Assembly: GCA_963837955.1 (NCBI GenBank)
Contig: CAWIPH010000002.1
Location: 3,616,001-3,680,000, forward strand
Direction of reading: 5' to 3'
Origin: an uncultured Verrucomicrobiae bacterium
GTDB taxonomy: Bacteria; Verrucomicrobiota; Verrucomicrobiia; Chthoniobacterales; JAFAMB01
DNA length: 64,000 nucleotides
Shown piece after piece: positions 39,809 to 49,211 of the stretch. The notes under the pieces are model-generated. The model saw only the letters and a program-made list of their open reading frames with translations. It did not search any database and was not told the origin of the DNA. The translations under genes were made by a program, and so were the position numbers. Each line of letters starts with the position of its first letter. Position 1 is the stretch's first letter.

Positions 39809-40792
39809 ATGGACTATCTTTCTCTAGGAAATACCGGTTTAAAGGTTTCTCGCATCTGCCTAGGCTGCATGAGCTATGGTTCCTCGCAATGGCGCGATTG
39901 GGTACTCGACGAAGAACAGTCGTTCCCTTTCTTCAAACAGGCGGTCGAAGCGGGTATCAATTTCTTCGACACCGCCGATATGTACTCTAACGGAGCGAGC
40001 GAAGAGGTAACCGGTCGCGCGCTTAAGCAGCTCGGGTTGCCTCGCGAACAAACGGTGATTGCCACGAAGGTGTATAACCCGATGGGAGATACCCCGAACG
40101 AACGCGGCACTTCAAAGAAGCATATTCGTCATGCCATCGACGCAAGCTTGCGGCGTCTGGGCGTGGACTACGTCGATTTGTACCAAATTCATCGTTACGA
40201 TCCAACGACCCCGATCGAAGAGACGCTGGAGGCTTTGACCGAAGTCGTAAACCAAGGAAAAGCGCTCTACATCGGCGCTTCCAGTATGTACGCATGGGAA
40301 TTCGCCAAATTTCTCTGTGTCGCGGAGACCCACGGCTATGCGCGCTTCGTGACGATGCAAAATCATTACAATCTGGTCTATCGAGAAGAGGAACGCGAAA
40401 TGATTCCGCTCTGTCGCGCGGAAGGGGTCGGCATCATTCCCTGGAGTCCTCTAGCCAGAGGCTTTCTGGCTGGAAACCGCACCGCCCAGGAAAAAGGCGA
40501 AACCACTCGCGCTAAATCGGATAGTTTCGCGCACCGGCTCTACTACCAGGATTCCGATTTTGAGATCGTCGACCGTGTCACCGGACTGGCCAAGAAACGA
40601 GGCGTATCCAACGCGCAGATCGCCCTCGCTTGGATGCTGCATAAACCTGGCATTACCGCTCCCATCATCGGCGCAACCAAAGCTCATCATCTGGATGACG
40701 CGATCAAAGCTCTGCAGGTGAAGTTGGATCCTGAGGAAATCCAAACACTCGAAGAACCGTATCAGCCGCACCCAGTGCTCGGGATCAGTTAG
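39809..40792 (+). CDS. Aldo/keto reductase (YajO-like), copy 2
   Basis: Same motifs and identical length (984 bp) to copy 1. Confidence 0.93.
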   Translation: MDYLSLGNTGLKVSRICLGCMSYGSSQWRDWVLDEEQSFPFFKQAVEAGINFFDTADMYSNGASEEVTGRALKQLGLPREQTVIATKVYNPMGDTPNERGTSKKHIRHAIDASLRRLGVDYVDLYQIHRYDPTTPIEETLEALTEVVNQGKALYIGASSMYAWEFAKFLCVAETHGYARFVTMQNHYNLVYREEEREMIPLCRAEGVGIIPWSPLARGFLAGNRTAQEKGETTRAKSDSFAHRLYYQDSDFEIVDRVTGLAKKRGVSNAQIALAWMLHKPGITAPIIGATKAHHLDDAIKALQVKLDPEEIQTLEEPYQPHPVLGIS

Positions 40793-41069
40793 GTTGCAGG
40801 TTAGGGGTTGGCCGCTCGAATCTGCTATCTGCTATCTGCTATTTCATTCGAGCCTTGGGCGAGAATGATCAACTGCACGTGAAGTTGGATCCTGAGGAAA
40901 TCCAAACACTCGAAGAACCGTATCTGCCGCACCCGGTGCTCGGGATCAGTTAGAGGCTACAGGTTGCGGGGTGCAGGTTACAAGTTGCAGGTTAGGGGTT
41001 GGCCGTTCGAATCTGCTATCTGCTATCTGCTATCTGCTATTTCATTCGAGCCTAGGGCGAGAATGATCA
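40712..41069 (+). repeat. Tandem duplication of the AKR 3' end plus downstream DNA
   Basis: 40712-40871 repeated at 40873-41069 with expanded 7-mer tracts. Confidence 0.9.
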
Positions 41070-41636
41070 CCCCAACCCTAGCTTCGCAGCATTGGCCTTC
41101 ATAGCGTCCAGGACGAATTGAATGTGTTCGTCGAGAGGAACGCCGAGCTCGGATGCCGCATGCGCGATTTCTTCGCGATTGACCGGAGCCGCGAATCCTT
41201 TGTCTTTCCATTTCTTTTTCACCGACTTCAGTTCGACCTCCGCGAGGAGTTTAGAAGGTCGCACCAGCGTCACAGCTATGATAAAGCCGGTCAATTCGTC
41301 GACGGCAAAGAGCGCTCGTTCAAGTTTCGATTCAGGGCGCCGACCGGTCACTTCCGGGGCGTGCGAAAGGATGGCTTGAACGATCTCTTCATCAACCCCT
41401 CGCTCGCGCAAGAGAGCGGCGCCAACGGACGGATGACCTTCCGCGGAAATATCCGGATACCGTTCGTAATCGAAATCGTGAAGCAACCCGACGACACCCC
41501 ACACCTCCGGGTTCTCAGAAAATCGCGTCGCGTAGGAACGCATGGCGACTTCCACGGCCAGCATGTGCCGCCTGAGCGAATCGTTCGCGGTGTATTCTGT
41601 CACCAGTTTCCAAGCCTCTTCGCGTGTCGGAATCAT
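41067..41636 (-). CDS. HD domain metal-dependent phosphohydrolase
   Basis: RRHMLAVE, GLLHDFDYE, ILSHA, AVDELTG. Confidence 0.9.
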   Translation of the reverse strand: MIPTREEAWKLVTEYTANDSLRRHMLAVEVAMRSYATRFSENPEVWGVVGLLHDFDYERYPDISAEGHPSVGAALLRERGVDEEIVQAILSHAPEVTGRRPESKLERALFAVDELTGFIIAVTLVRPSKLLAEVELKSVKKKWKDKGFAAPVNREEIAHAASELGVPLDEHIQFVLDAMKANAAKLGLG

Positions 41637-41704
41637 AGTACTAAACGCAACTATATCGCCTGAATCCGATGCGTGGAGACGAGAAAATTGCGGGGGGGAA
41701 TGAT

Positions 41705-41860
41705 CCCTGACGACGGAGGGGAGCCGCTTGCGGCTCCCGGGAACTACCCAGGATTCAATACCAGACCAGATCCGCCGGCTCGAGTCCTCGATTCGCGATG
41801 GGTTATTGCCGGGCGTCGCAAGCGACGCGCCCTCCGGGCAATGGGTTACGGCACGCACAT
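41705..41860. ncRNA. Candidate structured RNA or regulatory leader (unassigned)
   Basis: Several perfect GC stems in a divergent intergenic region; no family recognised. Confidence 0.3.
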
Positions 41861-42034
41861 CCTGATTTTACGTGACGCCTACCCGAAGCTCACCAGATCG
41901 TGGATTCTACTCTATTTCCGGTTGACCGTTAGCCGATTGCTGTTCACGTTCGCCGAGCTCGGCGTTCTAAAATTCTACAGGGCGACTAAGGACAGTCCCC
42001 GCACAGAATTCTGAATTCCTGAAGCAGTTACTTT

Positions 42035-43132
42035 ATGCAAACAGAAAGTCCGCTAAAGGTTGGGATGATTGGTGCCGGAGTCATCAGTGCCGCGTACTTG
42101 AGAACCAAGTTTCCACAGTTCAAAATCACCTGCTGTTCAGATGTTCAGCATGCCCAGGCCGAATTGCGGGCTCGGGAATTTGGTATTGCTGCGGTCGCTA
42201 CCGAGACAATGCTGGCGGACCCCGCTATAGACATCATTCTCAATCTGACGAATCCGCAGAATCACGCGGAGGTAATTGAAGCCGGGCTGCGAGCGGCGAA
42301 GCATGTATATTCCGAGAAACCGCTTAGTATCTCGACCAAAGAAGCCGAACCTCTTCTCAGAACAGCCGCAGCCAGCAGTCTCCGAATCGGTTGCGCGCCA
42401 GACACCTTCCTGGGTGCGGCGGGGCAAACGGGTCGCAGGCTGCTCGACGAAGGATCGATTGGCGAACCGATCGGCGGAACCGCTTTTTTCATGAGCGGCG
42501 GACCGGAGAGCTGGCATCCGAACCCCGATTTCTTTTACCAGAAGGGAGGCGGTCCGGTTTTTGATATGGGGCCCTACTATCTTACCGCTTTGATCAACCT
42601 GCTGGGGCCGATCAAACGGGTTTGGTCGGCTGGTAGAACTACCCTTCCGCAAAGAACCATCGGGAGCGGACCACGGAAGGGCACATCGATTCCGGTTTCA
42701 GTTCTCAGTTATCAATCTGCTATTCTTGAGTTCCACGGCGGGCCGATCGTGACGTTCGTCGCAAGTTTTGATGTTCCGGCCTACAACCATCCTTACATCG
42801 AAATCTATGGAACCAAAGGCGCCCTCCAACTCCCAGATCCGAATTACTTCGGAGGCGCGGTCCGATTGAGTCAAGACGAAAGGTGGACGGATGTCAGTCC
42901 TAGTCATGGGTTTGGCGATGGAAATTACCGGGGAATCGGTTTAGCCGATCTGGTCGCCGGGCTCCAATCTGGGGTGCCTCATCGAGCTTCGGCAGAACTC
43001 GCGTTTCACGTTCTGGAAGTCATGGAAGCCATTGTCGAGACGGCGGGCAGCGGCGAAGCATATACTACTCGGTCCCGATGTGAGCGGCCGCGCGCCTTGC
43101 GCCCAGTCTCGCATATCCCCGATTTTTCATGA
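42035..43132 (+). CDS. Gfo/Idh/MocA family oxidoreductase
   Basis: GAGVIS, YSEKP, GCAPDTFLG, ESWHPNPDFFYQKGGGPVFDMGPYY. Confidence 0.92.
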   Translation: MQTESPLKVGMIGAGVISAAYLRTKFPQFKITCCSDVQHAQAELRAREFGIAAVATETMLADPAIDIILNLTNPQNHAEVIEAGLRAAKHVYSEKPLSISTKEAEPLLRTAAASSLRIGCAPDTFLGAAGQTGRRLLDEGSIGEPIGGTAFFMSGGPESWHPNPDFFYQKGGGPVFDMGPYYLTALINLLGPIKRVWSAGRTTLPQRTIGSGPRKGTSIPVSVLSYQSAILEFHGGPIVTFVASFDVPAYNHPYIEIYGTKGALQLPDPNYFGGAVRLSQDERWTDVSPSHGFGDGNYRGIGLADLVAGLQSGVPHRASAELAFHVLEVMEAIVETAGSGEAYTTRSRCERPRALRPVSHIPDFS

Positions 43133-43245
43133 AAGAGCAGTCGGCGTTGCCTCAAGCCTCTGCCGATAAGAGAAATCCGCGATGGCTATAGTGTCCCGCT
43201 CCTTAACCGTATTGCACATGCTTCGGATTGAGTGCACTAGAGGTT

Positions 43246-44010
43246 ATGAAGCTTTCCAAAGTTGCCCTCCAGCTTTACACCCTTCGCGATTTCTGTGACA
43301 GCCCAAAAGGCCTGGCGGCGACTTTGAAGAAGGTCAAAGCGATCGGCTATGATGCCGTCGAATTTATTCGCTTGGACTTCGCTTCCAATCGAGATCTACG
43401 GAGGCTGGCTGACGATCATGGGTTAGCAATCACCTCGATTCACGAATCGGAGGACCGATTGCTCAACCATCCACAAGCAGTTGTCGAAGAGCTGGCAGAA
43501 TTAGGGACAGACCTCGCAGTATATCCGTTTCCGGCGGGAGTCGATTTTCGAAAAGGCCCGGAGGTCGATCGGCTGGCCCAACAGCTTCAACATAGCTCAG
43601 AGATCTTTGCATCGGCCGGTAAACGTCTGGCTTACCACAATCATGCCCTCGAATTCGCAAAGCACGCTGGGAAACTCGTCCTGGAGTACATCTTCACCAG
43701 TGCCCCAAAGCTCTTTGCTGAACTCGATACGTATTGGATCCAGTTCGGCGGGGGTGATCCGGAGCGCTGGATTACGAGACTGAAAGGCAGGCTGCCGTTG
43801 ATTCATTTAAAAGATTACAAATTCAATCCACAAAAGAACGTCCCGGAGATGGCCGAGGTCGGTCGCGGTAACCTCGACTTCCCGGCAATCATCGAAGCGG
43901 GGCAAGCCGCTGGTTGCGAGTGGTTTGTTGTTGAACAGGATTTTTGCGAAGGCGATCCCTTTGAAGCGATCCAAGTCAGCTTGGAGTACTTGAAGGGAAA
44001 TAATTCGTAG
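43246..44010 (+). CDS. Sugar phosphate isomerase/epimerase (xylose isomerase-like TIM barrel)
   Basis: LQLYTLRD, YHNHALEF, ELDTYW, IHLKD, VEQD. Confidence 0.9.
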   Translation: MKLSKVALQLYTLRDFCDSPKGLAATLKKVKAIGYDAVEFIRLDFASNRDLRRLADDHGLAITSIHESEDRLLNHPQAVVEELAELGTDLAVYPFPAGVDFRKGPEVDRLAQQLQHSSEIFASAGKRLAYHNHALEFAKHAGKLVLEYIFTSAPKLFAELDTYWIQFGGGDPERWITRLKGRLPLIHLKDYKFNPQKNVPEMAEVGRGNLDFPAIIEAGQAAGCEWFVVEQDFCEGDPFEAIQVSLEYLKGNNS

Positions 44011-44480
44011 GGCGATCGGCGAGAGACACGGTAGCGGTCCCGCTCTCGCGTATGCGCGCCATACATAAGGCATAGAAGTATGCGCAGAAGATTCGTCCCG
44101 GAGGGGACTCAATGAAAGTAGAAGCCCAGTACGAAGTGCTGGGAAATAGTGCAAAAGGCGATGTCCGTCCCGCCAGAGGACGATAGAAATGTTTTGGCTC
44201 CAGATCCTCCTGTATGCGGCTTCACCAGCGTAAACAACCGCTCGATCGTCCCGCCCGTGACGGGTCGTTTTTTGGGAACGCCACCCAGCACTTCGTGCTG
44301 GGCTACTTTCATTGAGTCCCTCCGGGACGAATCTTCTGCGCATATCCTTAGCGAAGGAGGAAGCGCAGCGACGGTGGCACATCATTGAGCGACAGCGACA
44401 TGGACGTTTGAGCCGAACCGAGGGCGAGCCATAACGCAACGGCTCACAGCCCCGCGGCCGCGGGACTGTTTCGCCCTACC
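44007..44480. repeat. Nested composite repeat: GTAG ends enclosing a family A palindrome (44095-44328)
   Basis: gtagggcga ... tcgccctac; tatgcgcagaagattc/gaatcttctgcgcata arms around the family A core. Confidence 0.85.
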
Positions 44481-44643
44481 CGCGTTGAGTGGGATATATC
44501 CTTCATTGCCGCCTCTCGCACCGTTTTGATGGACATTGAATTGCCCTTGCTTTCGGCTTAGAAAAAGCCGACTCAGTTGCGTTTTCCGATAGCTCTGTAG
44601 CATGGAACGGCTGCAGGACGGAAAACAAAGCTAATCCCCCACA

Positions 44644-45909
44644 ATGATGAAAAAAAGAATCGTTTCTTGGTTCACAATATTTGCGGCTTTTACTGCGGCC
44701 GCGTCGGCCCAAACAGTAATTAAAGTCCTTCACATCCAACCTCTCCAGCCCATTCGTGATATCTGGAGATCAGCTGCGGACGACTACGAAAAGAGCCATT
44801 CCGGCGTCAAAGTTCAATTTGACTACCTCGAGAACGAGGCCTTCAAAGCGAAATTGCCGACGCTTCTCCAATCAAATGACCGGCCAAGCGTCTTCCACAG
44901 CTGGGGCGGCGGAGTGATGAAGGAACAGGTCCAATCGGATGTCTGTCAGGACATCACCAGTCGCATCACCGGCGAGTTTAAAGACTCGTTCTATCCAGCA
45001 GGAATTCAGAATTTCACCGTTGACGGCAAGTTGTACGGATTGCCCAACGATGTGGCGCCGATCGTCTTCTGGTATAACAAGGAGCTTTGTCAAAAGGCGG
45101 GGGTTGATCCCACCAAGATCAAGGATTGGGATGACTTTTTAGAAGCGGTGAAGAAAATAAAAGCAGCTGGGATTACACCCATCGCTGTCGGCGGCGGCGA
45201 CAAATGGCCTCTGCACTTTTATCCCACCTTCTTGATGATGCGAGTAATGGGCAAGAGCGGTCTGGAAGGGGCTGTCAGCAAGGACAGCAAAGAGGGTCTG
45301 GCCACTGCGGATGTGCTGAAAGCCTGGAAAATGTACAAGGATCTTTGCGATTTACAGCCGTTCCAAAACGGTTACCAAACAGCGAAATTTCAAGACGCAG
45401 GCGGGCTGTTCCATGATGGCAAAGCGGCGTTTCACTTGATGGGGACTTGGGATTTGACCGAAGGCCGCTCGAATTCCGCAACAAAAAAGGGCCTGTCTAA
45501 CGATCAGATGGGTTGGATCTTTTTTCCGGCTGTCAAAGATGGAAAAGGCAAAGCCAACGATATCTTTGCCAGCGTCGATGGATGGCTGGTAACTAAGCAA
45601 GCACCGAAAGAGACGGTTGATTTCTTCAAAGTTTGGCTTGGTAAAGAGACCCAAACGAAGCTGGCCGCAGCCGGCTTATTCATTCCCATGGTGAAGGGCA
45701 CGGCCGCCGCGATTCAGGATCCGTTTCTTCGCGCGATCGCTCAGGAAGCCGAAAAGACCGACTGGATAGCCATCGCGATGGACCAGTTTCTTGGGCCTGA
45801 CACCGGTCGCGTGTTCAATGACCAGGCGGCAGCGATTGCCGGGGGAGGCGCTACTCCCGAGCAAGCCGTCAAAGCTATCCAGGATTCTTGGTCACAGAAC
45901 AAAATGTAA
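44644..45909 (+). CDS. Carbohydrate ABC transporter substrate-binding protein (CUT1)
   Basis: Signal peptide; FKAKLPT, SWGGG, WYNKEL, GITPIAVGGGDKWP. Confidence 0.92.
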   Translation: MMKKRIVSWFTIFAAFTAAASAQTVIKVLHIQPLQPIRDIWRSAADDYEKSHSGVKVQFDYLENEAFKAKLPTLLQSNDRPSVFHSWGGGVMKEQVQSDVCQDITSRITGEFKDSFYPAGIQNFTVDGKLYGLPNDVAPIVFWYNKELCQKAGVDPTKIKDWDDFLEAVKKIKAAGITPIAVGGGDKWPLHFYPTFLMMRVMGKSGLEGAVSKDSKEGLATADVLKAWKMYKDLCDLQPFQNGYQTAKFQDAGGLFHDGKAAFHLMGTWDLTEGRSNSATKKGLSNDQMGWIFFPAVKDGKGKANDIFASVDGWLVTKQAPKETVDFFKVWLGKETQTKLAAAGLFIPMVKGTAAAIQDPFLRAIAQEAEKTDWIAIAMDQFLGPDTGRVFNDQAAAIAGGGATPEQAVKAIQDSWSQNKM

Positions 45910-45989
45910 GTCGAGCGGTAGGGACGCGCGGGAGCGCGTCCCTACCGTGTAAATATTTAGTGCACTGAATCCTTGCACGAAGAAGGGAC

Positions 45990-46958
45990 ATGAAGGCAAG
46001 AGTCGGTTCAGCTCCGAGCGTGTCGCCCCAACGACCAGCGCTTAGGCGAAAAATTTCGCCATTCTGGATCAAGCTCGGCCGGACATTGCGCACCGGACCT
46101 TGGCCGACTCTCTTCCTCTTCTTGCCTCCTGCCCTGCTGATTTTCACTTTGTTCGTTGTTCTGCCGGTATCGCAGTCGGCTTACTACGGCTTTTTCAATT
46201 GGAACGGGTACGGAGCGCCCCACAATTGGGCAGGGTTTTCGAACTTCGAGCGAGCTTTCAACGATCCTATCCTGCGAAACTCGCTGGTCAACAATCTGCT
46301 GGTCGTTGCCGTATCCGCAGGAATCCAGATTCCGATCGCATTGTCGCTGGCCCTGCTAGTCTCCGACACAAGGCGTAGTAATCTGGTATTTCGCGCCATC
46401 TTTTTCATTCCGTATATTTTGGCCGAGGTCGTCGTCGGCCTGATCTGGAAATACCTTTACAATGGAGAGTACGGGTTAGTAGCAACAATTTGCCATTGGT
46501 TTGGCTGGCGGGCGCCCTTTGTATTAGCGCTGCCCGGTTGGGCAATGGCCGCGCTGCTGCTGGTAGTCGTTTGGAAATATATCGGTTTTCATCTCGCGCT
46601 GTTTATCGCCGGCCGGCAAAACGTGCCCAATGACGTGATTGAGTCCGCTCGTATCGATGGAGCTAATCGCTGGCAAGTAACTCGCCACATCATACTTCCC
46701 ATGATGAAACCGGTTATCCTGCTCTCCTTGTTCTTCAGCGTTCTTGGCTCCTTCCAGCTCTTTGACTTGATCATACCGCTCACCGGTGGCGACCCGCTCA
46801 ATTCGACCCACTCGATGGTGTCATACCTCTACACGTTCGGCATCAAAAGCATGCGCCTCGGTTATGGCAGCGCCGTTGCGCTCATTCTCTTCGTTATCTG
46901 CGTGGTGGTAATGGCTTTGTACAAGCGATTCTTGCTGCGCGAAGATCGAGCAAATTAA
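45990..46958 (+). CDS. Carbohydrate ABC transporter permease
   Basis: ESARIDGAN (EAA motif), FDLIIPLTGG. Confidence 0.9.
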   Translation: MKARVGSAPSVSPQRPALRRKISPFWIKLGRTLRTGPWPTLFLFLPPALLIFTLFVVLPVSQSAYYGFFNWNGYGAPHNWAGFSNFERAFNDPILRNSLVNNLLVVAVSAGIQIPIALSLALLVSDTRRSNLVFRAIFFIPYILAEVVVGLIWKYLYNGEYGLVATICHWFGWRAPFVLALPGWAMAALLLVVVWKYIGFHLALFIAGRQNVPNDVIESARIDGANRWQVTRHIILPMMKPVILLSLFFSVLGSFQLFDLIIPLTGGDPLNSTHSMVSYLYTFGIKSMRLGYGSAVALILFVICVVVMALYKRFLLREDRAN

Positions 46959-46962
46959 CCCT

Positions 46963-47793
46963 ATGCGACCTCGAATCCCATTGTTCGCCTATTACCGATG
47001 GTTATTGCTTTTCCTTGCGGCCGGCTTGTGCCTGCTTCCGATTTGGGCCGCCGTCATCGGCGGTTTTAAGAGCTCCGGGGAGCTGCGTACCAACGCGCTT
47101 GGACTTCCTCGAGTGTGGATGACGGACAACTACACCTCGATTCTTTTGTCGGCGCGGTTCTGGCAAATCCTAGGCAACTCCGCCTTCATCGCATTCTTTA
47201 CGGTCTTGTTCACCGTCCTGGTTAGTTCGATGGCTGCCTTTACGCTGGCCCATCTGCGATTTGCCGGCAAAAGATGGATTGCAAGTTATTTGACGCTCGG
47301 TTTGACTTTCCCTTTCGCGACCGCCGTTCTACCCGTCTTTATTCGGGTCCGAGACCTGGGACTTCTTGATACCCATTGGGGTGTGATTCTTCCCCAGGTT
47401 GCGTTTAACTTGAGCTTTAGCATCGTCTTGTTGCGTGGGTTCTTTCAAGAGTTACCCAAAGAGCTGTTTGAGGCCGCCCTCATGGACGGCTGCAGCTATC
47501 TGAAGATGTTCTGGCGGATTACGCTGCCACTCTCTCGGCCGATCCTCGCGACCGTCGCCGTTCTGGCGTTAGTTGGCAGTTGGAACAATTTCCTTTTGCC
47601 GCTCGTTACCATCAATTCGGACGCCCTTTATTCCTGGCCGTTGGGAATTATGCAATTTCAAGGACAGTATAGTACGGATTGGGGACGGGTTTTGGCGTTT
47701 GTCACTTTGACCATGATCCCAGCTATTGTGTTCTATCTGGCAGCCCAAAAGCATATTATCGCGGGACTGACTGCGGGAGCGGTGAAGGGGTGA
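46963..47793 (+). CDS. Carbohydrate ABC transporter permease
   Basis: LPKELFEAALMDG, WNNFLLP, GLTAGAVKG. Confidence 0.92.
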   Translation: MRPRIPLFAYYRWLLLFLAAGLCLLPIWAAVIGGFKSSGELRTNALGLPRVWMTDNYTSILLSARFWQILGNSAFIAFFTVLFTVLVSSMAAFTLAHLRFAGKRWIASYLTLGLTFPFATAVLPVFIRVRDLGLLDTHWGVILPQVAFNLSFSIVLLRGFFQELPKELFEAALMDGCSYLKMFWRITLPLSRPILATVAVLALVGSWNNFLLPLVTINSDALYSWPLGIMQFQGQYSTDWGRVLAFVTLTMIPAIVFYLAAQKHIIAGLTAGAVKG

Positions 47794-47812
47794 AGGGGTG
47801 ATGGAGTGCTGA

Positions 47813-48230
47813 GCGTGACTGGTGATTGGTGATTGGTGATTGGTGGTTGGTAAGCAGTAAGCAGTAAGCAGTAAGCGTGCTGGGTGGTGTGTAGATAGAT
47901 AGACGGGTCCGTCCCGACAGGGACGCAATGAAAGTAGCCCAGTACGAAGTGCTGGGTTAGCGTTTAAAAAAAAGACCCGTCCCGGACGGGACGATCGAGG
48001 GTTGCTTACGCTAGTGAAGCCGCATACGAGAGGACCAGGAGCCAAGACACTTCTATCGTCCCTGCCGGGACGGGCGTCTTTTTTTGCATATTTCCCAGCA
48101 CTTCGTACTGGGCTACTTTCATTAAGTCCCTCCGGGACCAATCCTCTTCGCGTACTTCTAAGCATTATGTTGATCGCGCATGCGCGGCCGCGAGACTGGG
48201 CTACTTTCACTGCGTCCCGAGGGGATCCCT
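47813..48230. repeat. Heptamer tracts followed by a family A palindrome (47911-48138)
   Basis: (tggtgat)n and (taagcag)n; arms atgaaagtagcccagtacgaagtgctggg / cccagcacttcgtactgggctactttcat. Confidence 0.88.
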
Positions 48231-49211
48231 TCAGATTTCGCCAATGCGGATGCAGGCCGCAAAGCGGCTCGGTTCCTTTTCGACCAAATCCGGAACCTCC
48301 AGTTTGCATTTTTCTACAGCGAAAGGACAGCGCGGATGGAAACTGCAGCCAACCGGCAGGTCGATTGGTGACGGTGGGTCGCCCTGCAGGATGATTCGCT
48401 GCCGTCGACGTTCTCGCACCGGATCCGGGATCGGTACCGCGCTGACCAACGCTCGAGTGTAAGGATGCAGCGGCCGGTCGACCACATCCAAAGCGGAACC
48501 GATCTCGACCAGCTTGCCCAGATACATCACGGCTATTCGATCCGAGATATATTTCACCACTGAAATATCGTGAGAAATGAAAATCAGCGTAAGCTCCATC
48601 TCCCGACACAGTTTGAGAATGAGGTTAAGGATCTGTGACTGGATGGATACATCGAGCGCGGAGACAGGTTCATCGGCAATGATTAATTTGGGCTGAGGAG
48701 CCAATGCTCGAGCGATTGCTATGCGCTGTCGCTGACCGCCAGAAAACTCGTGCGGGTAACGCATCATTTGATTGGGTGGCAGCCCAACCTGGCGCATCAA
48801 TTCACCGACCTTGTGAACGAGTGCTTTGCCCCGCAGTTTTACTCGGGTTTGCAACGCTTCACCTAAAGTGTCGAATACCGTCATGCGCGGATTCAAAGAA
48901 GCGTATGGATCTTGAAAGATCATCTGGAAGTTCACCCGTGACCTTCGGATTTCGGCCGAGCTGAGATCCGACAGCTTCTTTCCTTCCAACCGGACTTCTC
49001 CCCCAGTGCAACGAATCAACTGCATGACTGTTCGGGCCAGCGAAGATTTTCCGCATCCGGATTCCCCTACGAGTCCAAGAATCTCACCTTTCCTTAAGCT
49101 CAACGAGATTCCATCCACCGCTCGGACCGATGCGATCTTGCGTCGAACAAGGAGTCCGCGATAGATCGGGAAATGCGTCTTTAACGATTTCAGTTCAAGA
49201 AATGCATTCAT
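48231..49211 (-). CDS. oppF: Oligopeptide ABC ATP-binding protein
   Basis: GESGCGKS, FSGGQRQR, DEPVSALDVS, HPYT, C-terminal Cys cluster. Confidence 0.92.
   Translation of the reverse strand: MNAFLELKSLKTHFPIYRGLLVRRKIASVRAVDGISLSLRKGEILGLVGESGCGKSSLARTVMQLIRCTGGEVRLEGKKLSDLSSAEIRRSRVNFQMIFQDPYASLNPRMTVFDTLGEALQTRVKLRGKALVHKVGELMRQVGLPPNQMMRYPHEFSGGQRQRIAIARALAPQPKLIIADEPVSALDVSIQSQILNLILKLCREMELTLIFISHDISVVKYISDRIAVMYLGKLVEIGSALDVVDRPLHPYTRALVSAVPIPDPVRERRRQRIILQGDPPSPIDLPVGCSFHPRCPFAVEKCKLEVPDLVEKEPSRFAACIRIGEI

Noticed and set aside
41706..41745. Hammerhead ribozyme (CTGACGA core)
   Set aside because: No GAAA after the following stem and no matching stem I/III.
41836..41882. Fluoride riboswitch (ggcaatgg...tgacgcctac)
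   Set aside because: P1 and pseudoknot pairings do not form, and no fluoride-related gene follows.
43246..44010. Calling this TIM barrel the missing iolE
   Set aside because: It lacks IolE-type N-terminal motifs and lies 25 kb away in a separate cluster.
47569..48609. 346-aa minus-strand ORF
   Set aside because: Runs through an alternative frame of oppF, repeat DNA and the antisense of a permease; no protein motifs.
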